Part shown: one piece after another, positions 1 through 10,093 of the stretch
How positions within the stretch are numbered: position 1 is the stretch's first letter
Layout of the letters: every line of letters starts with the position of its first letter
Source of the DNA: Podarcis vaucheri
Lineage: Eukaryota
Direction: 5' to 3' (one strand)
Length of the DNA: 64,000 bases
Assembly (NCBI GenBank): GCA_965113315.1
Contig: OZ220365.1
Notes under the pieces: model-generated
The model's database searches: none
Told to the model about the DNA's origin: nothing
What the model saw: only the letters and a program-made list of their open reading frames with translations
Program-made: the position numbers and the translations under genes

Positions 1-523
1 GTCTTGTGTGAGGTCTCAGTTTCAGCTCTCCAGACGGCTAGTTGTTTGCATTTGTCCCAGAGTGCAGGGTGGATTTTGTTACATAGTTTGAGGTGAAGAG
101 TGAGCAGATCTTTGTTGGTTTGGTTTAGTAGGTATCTTTTCTTATGTATTTCGTTTCTGATTAGGGATAGTTCAGTTCGTTTCAGGATCCTTTCGGTAGC
201 TGGGGTTTTAGAGTGGAATTTAAGTTGGAAGCATGTGGGAGTTAAGTTGTTGTCTCGGCAGTTGCGTAGGAACAGGAGATCACATAAGATGGTGGCTCTT
301 CGGATTTCTAGTTTCTCGTAGGTTCTTGTCAGCTGGAAGGTTTCCTCCCCGTAGAGGTGAGATATTTGCTTTCGTAGATTTTCACGGGTACAGGAATGCA
401 GGTTTTGGTGTCTTCGGGTGTCTTCCCGTGTAAGAGTCGGGGTGTCTGTGCGACGTTTCGACGAGGTCTCACTCGTCATCTTCAGGCTGGTGCTTTCGGC
501 TTCTTGTTACTGGAACAGAGCAG
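1..523 (-). mobile_element. Inverted (mirror) copy of the same PLE 5' end, truncated by the window edge
   Basis: 1-512 is the reverse complement of 521-1032 (position sum 1033; mirrored ORFs 100..321/712..933 and 233..433/600..800 are identical); 513-523 continues as the reverse complement of 3471-3481. Confidence 0.95.
450..487 (-). ncRNA. Mirror copy of the hammerhead-like motif
   Basis: Reverse complement of 546-583. Confidence 0.65.
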
Positions 524-545
524 TAACAAGAAGCCGAAAGCACCA

Positions 546-583
546 GCCTGAAGATGACGAGTGAGACCTCGTCGAAACGTCGC
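546..583 (+). ncRNA. Minimal hammerhead ribozyme-like motif in 5' pLTR
   Basis: GC-CTGAAGA-T-GACGAG-tgagac-CTCGTC-GAAAC-GTC-GC: conserved core boxes, 6-bp stem II, palindromic ACGT in place of stem III; only 2 bp of stem I visible. Confidence 0.7.
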
Positions 584-3274
584 ACAGACACCCCGACTCT
601 TACACGGGAAGACACCCGAAGACACCAAAACCTGCATTCCTGTACCCGTGAAAATCTACGAAAGCAAATATCTCACCTCTACGGGGAGGAAACCTTCCAG
701 CTGACAAGAACCTACGAGAAACTAGAAATCCGAAGAGCCACCATCTTATGTGATCTCCTGTTCCTACGCAACTGCCGAGACAACAACTTAACTCCCACAT
801 GCTTCCAACTTAAATTCCACTCTAAAACCCCAGCTACCGAAAGGATCCTGAAACGAACTGAACTATCCCTAATCAGAAACGAAATACATAAGAAAAGATA
901 CCTACTAAACCAAACCAACAAAGATCTGCTCACTCTTCACCTCAAACTATGTAACAAAATCCACCCTGCACTCTGGGACAAATGCAAACAACTAGCCGTC
1001 TGGAGAGCTGAAACTGAGACCTCACACAAGACAGACAGACACACCAACAAACTCTACAAACTAGAGAAACGCCAGAAACCCAGCCACCCTCCACAACAAC
1101 CCATGAAACAAACAGTACATAACATATCAGACAGGATCCTCACCCCAACTGAAACCAAAGTACTCTCCAAAGGTTTCAACTTTGCAGTCGCCCCCAGACG
1201 CATCCCCACGGAAAACATCATATGCGGAGTCGAAGCTAGCCTGACCAAAATCGACCCAGATGAAGCCAATAAAATCAGACTTGAAGTCACCAACATCCTT
1301 TGCTCCAGCAAACCACCCAGAAGCAATTTACACAAAGAAGAACAGAAAGCACTCACCAACCTGAGGAAAGACAACAACATAATCATTCTCCCAGCAGACA
1401 AAGGCAACGCCACTGTTGTGATGAACACATCGGACTACCAAGCAAAACTATCAAATCTACTCCAAGACCCTACCTACCAACCTATAAAAACAGATCCCAC
1501 CACCTATCTGGAAAAAACCACCAAATCCAAAATAAAAGCCTCTCCTATCAGTGAAGAAATCCAGCTAAGAATCATCCCCAGAGAAAAATCTTCCAGATGC
1601 CCCAAACTCTACGGTCTCCCCAAGATACACAAAGAAGGAACACCACTCAGACCAATAGTCAGCTCCATAGGCTCACCTCTACAAAATCTCGCTAAATTTC
1701 TCGCTAAGCAACTTCAGCCCTATGCAGAATCCATCGCTTCACACGTTACTAACTCCTTCCAGTTCATAGAAACAATAAAGAAGCAATACCTACATCCCGA
1801 TGACCTACTTGTGAGCTTCGATGTTGTATCTCTCTTCACTCAAGTGCCCATTAATGAAGCCTTGACAGCCATTCAAAACAAATACAACCCCCCCAAATAC
1901 ATCCTGGACCTGACCAACCACTGCCTAACCAACACGTACTTCATCCACAATGGACAAAGATACAAACAGATAGAAGGAGCACCTATGGGATCACCCCTCT
2001 CACCGGTCATCGCAAATTTGTACATGGAACACTTTGAAACCAATGCTTTAGACAAGTCAGAACACAAACCCAAACTTTGGCTCAGATATGTTGACGACAC
2101 CTTTGTAATTTGGCCACACGGGAAAGAAAAACTAGATAGCTTCCTCACACATCTCAACAGCCTACACCCCAAAATACAATTCACTATGGAAATAGAAGAC
2201 AACAACCAACTCCCCTTTCTTGACGTCCTAATCTACAAAAAACCTGATGGCTCCCTAGGACACACTATCTACCAGAAAAAAACACACACCAACCGCTACT
2301 TACATGCACAATCACACCACCACCCTGCACAAATAAACTCCGTAGCCAAGACTCTCATCTCCAGAACCAAACGCCTGGCTGACAAAGACCACTTGACAAC
2401 TGAGTTACAGAATCTCTCAAATGTGTTAATCGCCAATGGATACCAGAAAAACAGGGTTACGAAGCTAATCCAAAAAGAAACACCCCCCAAAAACCAAGAC
2501 ACAGAAGAAAACAATGGCATGGCCCTCCTTCCTTATATCAAGGGCACTACAGACAAAATCAGCAAAATCCTCCATAAACACAATATCAAAACAGCCTTCT
2601 GCACCAACCAAAAAATAGCCAATATCCTCAGAAACCCAAAAGACAAAATCCAGCTGGAAAACCAAGGGGTCTATGAAATACCCTGCAAAGTCTGCCCAGC
2701 CACGTACATTGGACAAACAAACAGACGAATAAATGCACGTATCGCAGAACACAAGAATGCCGTCAAAAAAGAAGAAAAAACTTCCTCTCTTTTCCAACAC
2801 ATGAAAGAAACAGGACACGAAATTAATTTTGCAGATTCCAAATTGCTCTTTAACATGGAACATCACCACAAGAGAATAATCATGGAAGCCATCGAGATAG
2901 AGAAACACCCTCACAACATGAACAAGCGTGACGACACGTCCCGCCTGCCAGACATCTGGAAATTAGCCCTCCCCACAAAAACCGACACCAGAACCAGAGG
3001 CACACAGAACGCCGTCACCAATCAACCACACCAGACCCAAACCCAGACCCTCTCCACAGACATATTACAGACTCCATCCAGTAGCCAAACTATAGTGGCA
3101 CCTCCGGATGCTGCACCCCCCTGCAAGCCCTACACAGATCTGGCTGGCACAAGGCACAAAACCACAGCTCGCCCCTATACACGAAGCCAAGCCAGAGCAC
3201 AACTAAATGCAGCACAGCCATCTTCTCAGAAAAACTCTTCACAAGCTCAAGAGGTCAAGACACAAAAGCTTTAG
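554..3274 (+). CDS. Penelope-like retroelement (Poseidon-like) ORF: N-terminal domain, reverse transcriptase and C-terminal GIY-YIG endonuclease, 906 aa, uninterrupted
   Basis: PLE RT motifs ADKG, LYGLPKIHK..PLRPIVS, SFDVVSLFT, GAPMGSPLSPVIANLYM, LRYVDD (2087-2098), LPFLDV; GIY-YIG GVYEIPC..C..YIGQT..R..EH starting 2666; no Cys-rich linker between RT and EN. Confidence 0.95.
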   Translation: MTSETSSKRRTDTPTLTREDTRRHQNLHSCTRENLRKQISHLYGEETFQLTRTYEKLEIRRATILCDLLFLRNCRDNNLTPTCFQLKFHSKTPATERILKRTELSLIRNEIHKKRYLLNQTNKDLLTLHLKLCNKIHPALWDKCKQLAVWRAETETSHKTDRHTNKLYKLEKRQKPSHPPQQPMKQTVHNISDRILTPTETKVLSKGFNFAVAPRRIPTENIICGVEASLTKIDPDEANKIRLEVTNILCSSKPPRSNLHKEEQKALTNLRKDNNIIILPADKGNATVVMNTSDYQAKLSNLLQDPTYQPIKTDPTTYLEKTTKSKIKASPISEEIQLRIIPREKSSRCPKLYGLPKIHKEGTPLRPIVSSIGSPLQNLAKFLAKQLQPYAESIASHVTNSFQFIETIKKQYLHPDDLLVSFDVVSLFTQVPINEALTAIQNKYNPPKYILDLTNHCLTNTYFIHNGQRYKQIEGAPMGSPLSPVIANLYMEHFETNALDKSEHKPKLWLRYVDDTFVIWPHGKEKLDSFLTHLNSLHPKIQFTMEIEDNNQLPFLDVLIYKKPDGSLGHTIYQKKTHTNRYLHAQSHHHPAQINSVAKTLISRTKRLADKDHLTTELQNLSNVLIANGYQKNRVTKLIQKETPPKNQDTEENNGMALLPYIKGTTDKISKILHKHNIKTAFCTNQKIANILRNPKDKIQLENQGVYEIPCKVCPATYIGQTNRRINARIAEHKNAVKKEEKTSSLFQHMKETGHEINFADSKLLFNMEHHHKRIIMEAIEIEKHPHNMNKRDDTSRLPDIWKLALPTKTDTRTRGTQNAVTNQPHQTQTQTLSTDILQTPSSSQTIVAPPDAAPPCKPYTDLAGTRHKTTARPYTRSQARAQLNAAQPSSQKNSSQAQEVKTQKL

Positions 3275-3443
3275 CAACTAATCTACACTTAATGACCCAC
3301 CCAGTGGTATTCAGAATATCACTCATGAAATCACTCAAGATATCCCTCAAGTAATTAAGGAACAAAAGAAGAAGAGGCACACTAATCTAGGAACTTCCTC
3401 TCTGCCCAGAACGTTGGAGGCTATACACCACACCCCTCAACAG

Positions 3444-3451
3444 TATTTATA
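3444..3451 (+). promoter_or_regulatory. TATA-like box (TATTTATA) of the PLE pLTR
   Basis: Lies 27 nt upstream of 3471, the position equivalent to the fold-back apex at 513-523. Confidence 0.5.
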
Positions 3452-3506
3452 GGAACTCAAACACCAGATTCTGCTCTGTTCCAGTAACAAGAAGCCGAAA
3501 GCACCA

Positions 3507-3544
3507 GCCTGAAGATGACGAGTGAGACCTCGTCGAAACGTCGC
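3507..3544 (+). ncRNA. Minimal hammerhead ribozyme-like motif in 3' pLTR
   Basis: Identical to 546-583 (CTGAAGA at 3509-3515). Confidence 0.7.
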
Positions 3545-3597
3545 ACAGACACCCCGACTCTTACACGGGAAGACACCCGAAGACACCAAAACCTGCA

Positions 3598-3624
3598 CAT
3601 ATATATATATATATATATATATAT
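3598..3624. repeat. (AT)n microsatellite at PLE 3' junction
   Basis: catatatatat... immediately after pLTR end. Confidence 0.9.
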
Positions 3625-5339
3625 CTTGTCCAGCCTATTTTAGATCATATATATATTTTTAATGATTCTCAAAACTTACGGATCCCTGACAATTTTAAAA
3701 ATGAAATTATTACCCAACTAGCCTGATAATCTATTTTCATACTTTAAACATACTGAAAGTGTTCTATGAGAAATGTGAACTATTGTGGCCCACAATGAAG
3801 ATAAGAGGTGGATGCAAACAGCGTTTGTATAAAAGCCAGCTGGCAGGGTTTTTTTTTTAATATGCATAGAATTGCATCCAAACTGCACAAAGAATGCATG
3901 TAGGAGACAGAAGACTGGATATGGTTGTCACAGCAACTCCTAATACCAAAATAGTTTATTGGAAGGAGACTGGTTCATGACAGTGGTAGGCGTAATCCGC
4001 TGCCCTTCACCATCTCTGGTGTATAGCTTTGGTCTGTTCCTTCTGATTATGAGACATTATTCCAACTCTGCAAGCTTCCTAACCGAGCTTCCTTCAAGTA
4101 GGATGGGGGGGGGCAGGGCTTGAGGCTTAAGAACACCCCATCCTACTTGAAAATCTCTGCTTGTCAGAGCTCTAATTGTGACAGCAAAGCACATACTGCA
4201 GTACTTAAGCAAACCAACTGTGACAGTAAACATATATTTTCTTAAGTGATCATTACGTAATAATTTCAACTCTTTGAAGTTAATTTTGTTTTTAACTTTT
4301 AGGCTGTAGTTTTTTGTTTGTTTTTAGTCTAATAATACCAGTTTTCCATTTATCTCAGTAAAACCACCCTATAAAGTGGGACTGGATGACTAGGAGAGGC
4401 CGACTTAAGCTGTGTCTTTGTTGGCACAAAAATCAGGTCAGTTTAACAATGATTGCACCATAATATGCAACTTGTTGGGATCTTCAGGAATAGTGTTGCA
4501 TGGTCATCCTTAATCTTAGTCTCTAGATTCTAGAGTTAGATATTCCTGACCCAAAACCTCTGTGGTCCAATCCAGTGGGAAGCCTATTTCAACTCAAATC
4601 TGCCCAATATAAATGGTGAAGTATCAAATTTTAAAATAAAGGAGGCAAATGAATGCGGGTGTCTAACCAATTACTCCCTGGAAGTCTCTTCTTTTTCCTC
4701 AGCTGAGCTCCAGAGCAGTAGTCTCTGCTGAAAAAAAGGCACTGCTAAAAGAAAGGCACAGAGCCGCTTCCTTTGTTACCTTAACAATACTTAGCTAGAA
4801 GGCCACTATCGCATCGAGAAGCGAGCCTGGCTGTTTCAGGAATTTGAATAGAATAGTTGCACTGGAGTGCAGAAGGAGTTAAAATGTAGTTTGCACACTT
4901 TAAAAATGTCTTCATATCTAGTAGTACACAAAGGATAAGCAAACCAGAATAGCTGTTATGAATACAACCAAGTTTTTTTTTAATGTAGTATTTCTTGAAA
5001 ACAAGGTTTAAATAACACAAAAAATTATTAGATGCTTTGAAACGGCTGTGAGCTCAGTACTGCAGGAGGAGCTCAGTACTGTGGAGGAAGAGACGAATCC
5101 AGGAAATCAATATAGAGGAACAAAAGAAATAAAAATACCATAAGAATATCTCACAGTTGTTCTATGAAGAACTAACCCACAACCTGAAGGGTGGCTGATC
5201 TAATCAAAGAAGAATGTAAAATTCTGCATAGGATTAGTTCTCCAGACCTTCTCTTAGTCAAAGAAATGAACAAATAACTAGTGAAGGTTTTCAGTAAAGT
5301 GTCTGGATTGGGTTGCATTGTGAAGGTTTATCTTTGTCA

Positions 5340-6030
5340 GGCTGTGGTTTAGTGGTTAGAATGTTGGACTAAGACAGTGTTTCCCAACCACTGTTCCGCG
5401 GCATACTAGTGTGCCGCGAGATGTTGCCTGGTGTGCCGCGAGATGTTGCCTGGAGGGAGGCGGGCGAGTTGGGCAGCGAGAGGCGAGAGGCGGGGCGGCG
5501 GCGGCGAGGAGAGGCCGCCCAGCGCGGGGCTCTCGCCGTCTGCCTGCCTGGCTGCCTGCGAGCTCGGCGGGCAGCGCCTCCGTCCGCAGCGCCCGCCTCG
5601 CAGCTCTCATTCCCTGCCAAAGCTCACCCAGCCAAGCCGCGCTCTCCTTCCTGCCTCGCTTTGCTGCCTCCTCCCCCCCCACCCCAAAGCTTGGAGGTTC
5701 CCCGGCAAGGGGGAGGGGAAAAAATTGAAACTTACACTTTCGTGCGTCCCTCCCGGCGTGACGCTGCGCGCTGACGTCACGGGGCTGTAATGGTGGTGTG
5801 CCTCGAGATTTTTTTCATCAAACAAGTGTGCCTTTGCCCAAAAAAGTTTGGGAAACACTGGACTAAGAGACCAAAGCGCAAAACCCTACTCAGGAAGTTC
5901 ATTGGGTGACCTTGGCCCAGTCTTAGCTTAACTCACCTCATAGGGTTGTTTTCTGAGGAGAAAATGAGGAAGAGCCGAGGAGGAGAACCATGAAGGCCAC
6001 CTTGAGCTTAGAGGAAAGGTGGATGTAAAC
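5340..6030 (+). mobile_element. Old tRNA-derived MIR/CORE-like SINE, interrupted by a hAT MITE
   Basis: A-box-like gtggtttagtggttagaatgttggact before the MITE; gggtgaccttggcccagtc..ctcacctcatagggttgtt after it; similar to copy at 8268-8440. Confidence 0.6.
5375..5860. mobile_element. hAT-superfamily non-autonomous MITE, CpG-rich
   Basis: 13-bp TIRs CAGTGTTTCCCAA / TTGGGAAACACTG; perfect 8-bp TSD GACTAAGA (5367-5374, 5861-5868). Confidence 0.92.
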
Positions 6031-6769
6031 ACAACAAAGCATAGGCATCATTTATAGACTTGGCAATAAATGTCATCTGTTTATCTAGGGGAAGAGAGGA
6101 ATCAATAATCAAACAATGTCTCCATTGGACGGAAGCAGAAGCAACTGCTTCAGGGAGTCAGGTGCTGGGACCAGGGGCGAGCTCATGAAGGACAGAGGTG
6201 TGTGCGCAGCTAGGTGGTCAGTCCTTCACCTGCAGCGGAGGACGCTGTTTCCGCTATTGCCAGTGGTGTAGAATGAGTCAATTCCCAGTTTGATCAGATT
6301 CTGTACTGGAAAGGAGAGACCTCGTGTCCTTTGCCTCTGATCCCATCGCCGGCTCCAAACATCGCTTGTAGCAGTCGCCTCTTTTTTGCCTAATAGGATC
6401 AGCCCTGATTTTAGCTTCAAAGAGGCTCCTAGAGTATCGATAGGTTGTGTAAACAGGGATCAAATACAAGCGTCTGCATAATTATTTTTGTAAGATGCTT
6501 GTGCACGTGTAGCCTCCCCCCCCTTTTAACATATGTTTGCATTTTAAATATCTAAAATCCCAGTGCACCCGACCGTAGACTATTCAGAAGTAGCATGTTC
6601 AGTCCTCAAGGAAACTTCAGAGCTTTTAAGTGATAATTCACCAGCATAGCTTCCTTTCTTCCCGACCACGAATGATGCACAGTCAACTCTCTCCTATTCG
6701 CAGCCATTTAATCCTGAGCAGAGAAAACGGTACGGAAGGGCAGTTGCAGAATCCATTTGCGACTAGCGA

Positions 6770-7520
6770 CTTGCATAGAATAGCCTTCGGCGCCTCGCTC
6801 TCGATTCCAGAAACCGGACGGAAAACAAAACGAACTCCATTTCCCAGCATGCCCCGGGCCCGCCCTCTCAACGCTCGTTCCCCTCCCTCTGCCGTGTCCC
6901 TAGCCGGGCGCCGTAGCAGCCGGCGGGGGCGGCTGTCAGGCGTCTGACGGCGGGCAGGACGCGCCCAGTTTGTTGCTGCTTCCACCGAGACGCGGCTGCC
7001 TGACTAGCGGGGCGCGGGCGTCGTCGGCGTCGTCGTCAGCGGCGGCGGCTCCAGGGGCTGCCCGGCGGTGGGGACTGCGTGGCGGCCTCGGGCCGCGGCG
7101 ACGGCTCCGGCCATGGACGAGCAGGCGGGGCCCGGGGTCTTCTTCAGCAACAACAACAACAACAACGCGCTGCTGCTGCCGCCGCCTCCGGGCGGGGCCG
7201 GGCAAGGGCTGGAGCCGGGGGAGGCGGCGGCGGCGGCGGCTGCAGCCGTAGCGGCGGCGGCCGGAGGCTCCTCGGCGGTCCCGGCTCCGGCCTCTGCGGC
7301 GCGGGCTCAGTACAGCGTCCCGGGCATCCTGCACTTCCTGCAGCACGAGTGGGGCCGCTTCGAGGCCGAGAGAGCCGAGTGGGAGGCGGAGCGGGCGGAG
7401 CTGCAGGTACCGTCCGGCCGCTTTCCCTTCGCCTTTCGCCTCGTCCGGGCCGCCGCCTCTTCTATGCAAACATCTCCACACGCGCGACTCTTCCTTCCCC
7501 TTCTCCGCCCGGACCTGTCT
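6770..7520. promoter_or_regulatory. CpG island / STRN promoter and exon 1
   Basis: Very high GC and CpG density surrounding the STRN start codon, GC-box-like motifs. Confidence 0.85.
7113..7406 (+). CDS. STRN: STRN exon 1 (caveolin-binding region, start of coiled coil)
   Basis: GCCATGG Kozak; MDEQAGPGVFFSNN...QYSVPGILHFLQHEWGRFEAERAEWEAERAELQ; donor CAG|gtaccg. Confidence 0.96.
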
Positions 7521-8267
7521 GCTGTTCTTCTCTCCTCCCTCCCTCCCCCATCCCTCTCTTCTCCGTTCTTCCCCATCGGTTGGAGGGTTTAGCCTCGGAA
7601 CTGTGGAGGATGACTGTGCCTCTGAGCATATGCAGAGCGCCTTTGCCTTGAGTGATTACAGTCAGCGCGCACTCGCAACCTGGGGGTTTTGGGGAGGGTT
7701 TCTAGCTTGTCTAAGCTGGCGGGGTCTTTCTTCTAAAGAAGCAAAGCCCTGGTTAGTGTTAGGCAGGAAGGGGCTAACAGGAGAGCTTCCTTTGACAACT
7801 GTTAGCTTGGGTCAGGCTTGCCTGTAGGATGCACAGATGCTTGGTGCCTCGATAATATTATGGTTTTGGTCCCAGCAGAACATGAGTTGTGTATGTGCCT
7901 CCTTGCTCCACATGGGAATAGAAAAGGAGAGAGGATGTGATCTGGTAGTTGCTCTCCCAAGTACTACCCTTTTGAGAAGGAAATTATCAGAGATTTGTGT
8001 GATGTCTGTTAGTTGTCTTTAACCAATATAGAATTGATGCGTCCCGCATGTGAAACAGCTTTGTTTTGGAATGTTGACTCAGTATGTGTGAACATTTTTC
8101 AAAGCACATCACATACATTGTCTGAGAAATACATTGTCTGAGAAATACTTACAACAGTCCTGTAAAATAGAGTGATATTAATATCCTCACCTGCTGAAGG
8201 CAGTTCCATTCAAATGGCAAGGGCCTGCTCCCTGTTTCTCTGTGCCCACTCACCCATCTTTCATGGA

Positions 8268-8440
8268 GGCCAGTAGTGGTTAGAGTGTCGGTCTAGGACC
8301 TGGGTTCAAATTCCCACATGGCCATGAAGCTCCCTGGGTGACTTGGGGCCAGTCGCTGCTTCTCTGCCTAACTTACCTCACAGGGGTGTTGTAGGGATTA
8401 AATGAGAAAAGGGAACATCATTTACAGATACCAATTTGAG
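8268..8440 (+). mobile_element. tRNA-derived MIR/CORE-like SINE
   Basis: tagtggttagagtgtcgg..gggttcaaattccc (A/B boxes), gggtgacttggggccagtc..acctcacaggggtgttgtagggattaaatga. Confidence 0.7.
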
Positions 8441-9105
8441 CTCTCTGGCAAAAAAAGTTGCACCAAAGCCCCACAATATGCTGGCTGAATGGGATGCAAA
8501 TTTGGCAGTTGGTTTATTGTGGGGAAAGTGTGAGGTCAGTAAGGGTTTTTTCTGATGCGGCATTTAGTTTCTTTGGCTGATGGAAACAGGGCTCCCTATT
8601 GTAAGGAGCTGTAGCAAGGTTTATGATTCTCAAGCATTTCAGAAGCACTTCTTTGATGTGTTTGTACCATGTGTGAAAAATCTTATGTCAGACTAGTTGG
8701 TAAAGAAAGTGGAATGGAAGGATATACACATGCATGTTCTGTCAGTATAGGCATACATGTGCAAAATTAGACAAAACCTGCAAGGTGTGGAGTTTGCTGC
8801 ATGTTCTTACATCTTGGGATATTGTGACAAGCCTTTGGACCCTAAGTTGAAGGAAGGTGGGGGAGAATCACTGACACTTATGATAGAAGGTTTTAAGATC
8901 TCCAAACAGCATGCTCTGTAGTAGACACGCTAGCTACAGTGGGAGTTTTGCTCAGCAGGTGGTTCAATTACTGTGGCCTTTACTAGGTATTTCAATTTTT
9001 AGTGGGTTCTTAAAAGCCTTAAATGTACAAGTGCAACAGGATGAAGATTCCTTCTGCATTCCAGATTGTGCAAGAAGCTACGAACATAACTTGGACTTGG
9101 TAGTA

Positions 9106-9349
9106 CAGGCAACTCCCCATTTATGCAGGGATTGCATTCCGGGTCATTGTGTGCTTGTGTGAAATTATATGAAATTGGAAACCCATTGGAAAAGCCTGCA
9201 TAAAGCCCCCACCCCACCCCCAGTTCCTCCCTTTTAGTGATATTTCAGTGATGTCGTTATGACGTTTCTGGGTTACTTCTGGGTTCGGGATATGTGCACT
9301 TGTGCATGATCACGCACGTACTGGTTGCGTCCAAAACGGGAGCTGCCTG
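9106..9349. mobile_element. Tc1/mariner (Tigger-like) MITE
   Basis: TA|CAGGCAACTCCC ... GGGAGCTGCCTG|TA. Confidence 0.7.
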
Positions 9350-10093
9350 TAGGTCTTCGAGCCTGAACTTGTCATAGGCTGCATAAAGTCCCTGGTGAAG
9401 GCACTTATCTCTGCTGTGTCTCCTTTTTCAGGTTGAGCAAAGGCTGATTGAGCGGTTCATGGTTATCTAATATTGTAGAATAGCCTCTGCTATTATTCCA
9501 CATGAGAGGTTGTTGTGTCATTTGAAGCAAAAAAATGTGCACTTCACTATCATCCATAGATAGCATGAGTTCTGAGATGCTCATTAGCTGTACAGCTGAT
9601 GGTAGTTTGCCACAGAGATGGTTGGAAAAACAATCAAGGATCAATAACAGATTTGCATTGAAATAGCAAATGTGAATCATGTAAGCAAGTATAAGGCACA
9701 TTGGGGCAAAACACTGCAACTTCACATATATGCTTACATGTGACTGGCCAAGAAAGACACCTTGCTAAATTCTGTGCTAGAGAGAATTAAGAAAGGAATT
9801 GAAAATAAAACTGCCCTGTCATAATGCCATTTTCAAAGCTATGATACAACCACACTTGGAGTCCTGTCCCGTCCTGCTTGCAGACTTCTTCTAGGTATAT
9901 AGTTGGCCACTGTGAGAACAGGATGTACTTTTCATCGAACACAGCAGGGCAGATAAATGCTAGTATAGGTAGTTGCTAGCTAGCATTTGTGTATGCAGAG
10001 AATAAGGTTATAAACCCTTTCTCTCTACCATTTGCTGTATTTTGTTTGTGCTGCTGATTGGTTTAAGTGTTTGTTTATCTATTAGATGTTTTT

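Larger units (their letters stand above)
521..3597 (+). mobile_element. Near full-length Poseidon-like PLE with direct-repeat pseudo-LTRs (521-636 = 3482-3597, 116 bp)
   Basis: Direct repeat at offset 2961 flanks the RT-EN ORF; 3' end abuts an (AT)n tract. Confidence 0.92.

Noticed and set aside
100-933. Short duplicated ORFs (73 aa, 66 aa) on both strands
   Set aside because: Antisense shadows of the PLE ORF, duplicated by the inversion
5356-5858. Overlapping 80-120 aa ORFs (likewise 18809-19319, 41232-41710, 53679-54193)
   Set aside because: Stop-poor GC-rich MITE interiors with no recognisable domains or transposase motifs
6683-7651. Antisense or alternative-frame ORFs over the CpG island and an upstream in-frame GTG at 7068
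   Set aside because: Expected by chance in GC-rich sequence; ATG 7113 has a strong Kozak context and matches the known striatin N-terminus
8111-8150. 17-bp tandem duplication (also a short one at about 5050-5085)
   Set aside because: Ordinary local slippage duplications; not CRISPR-like, no spacers
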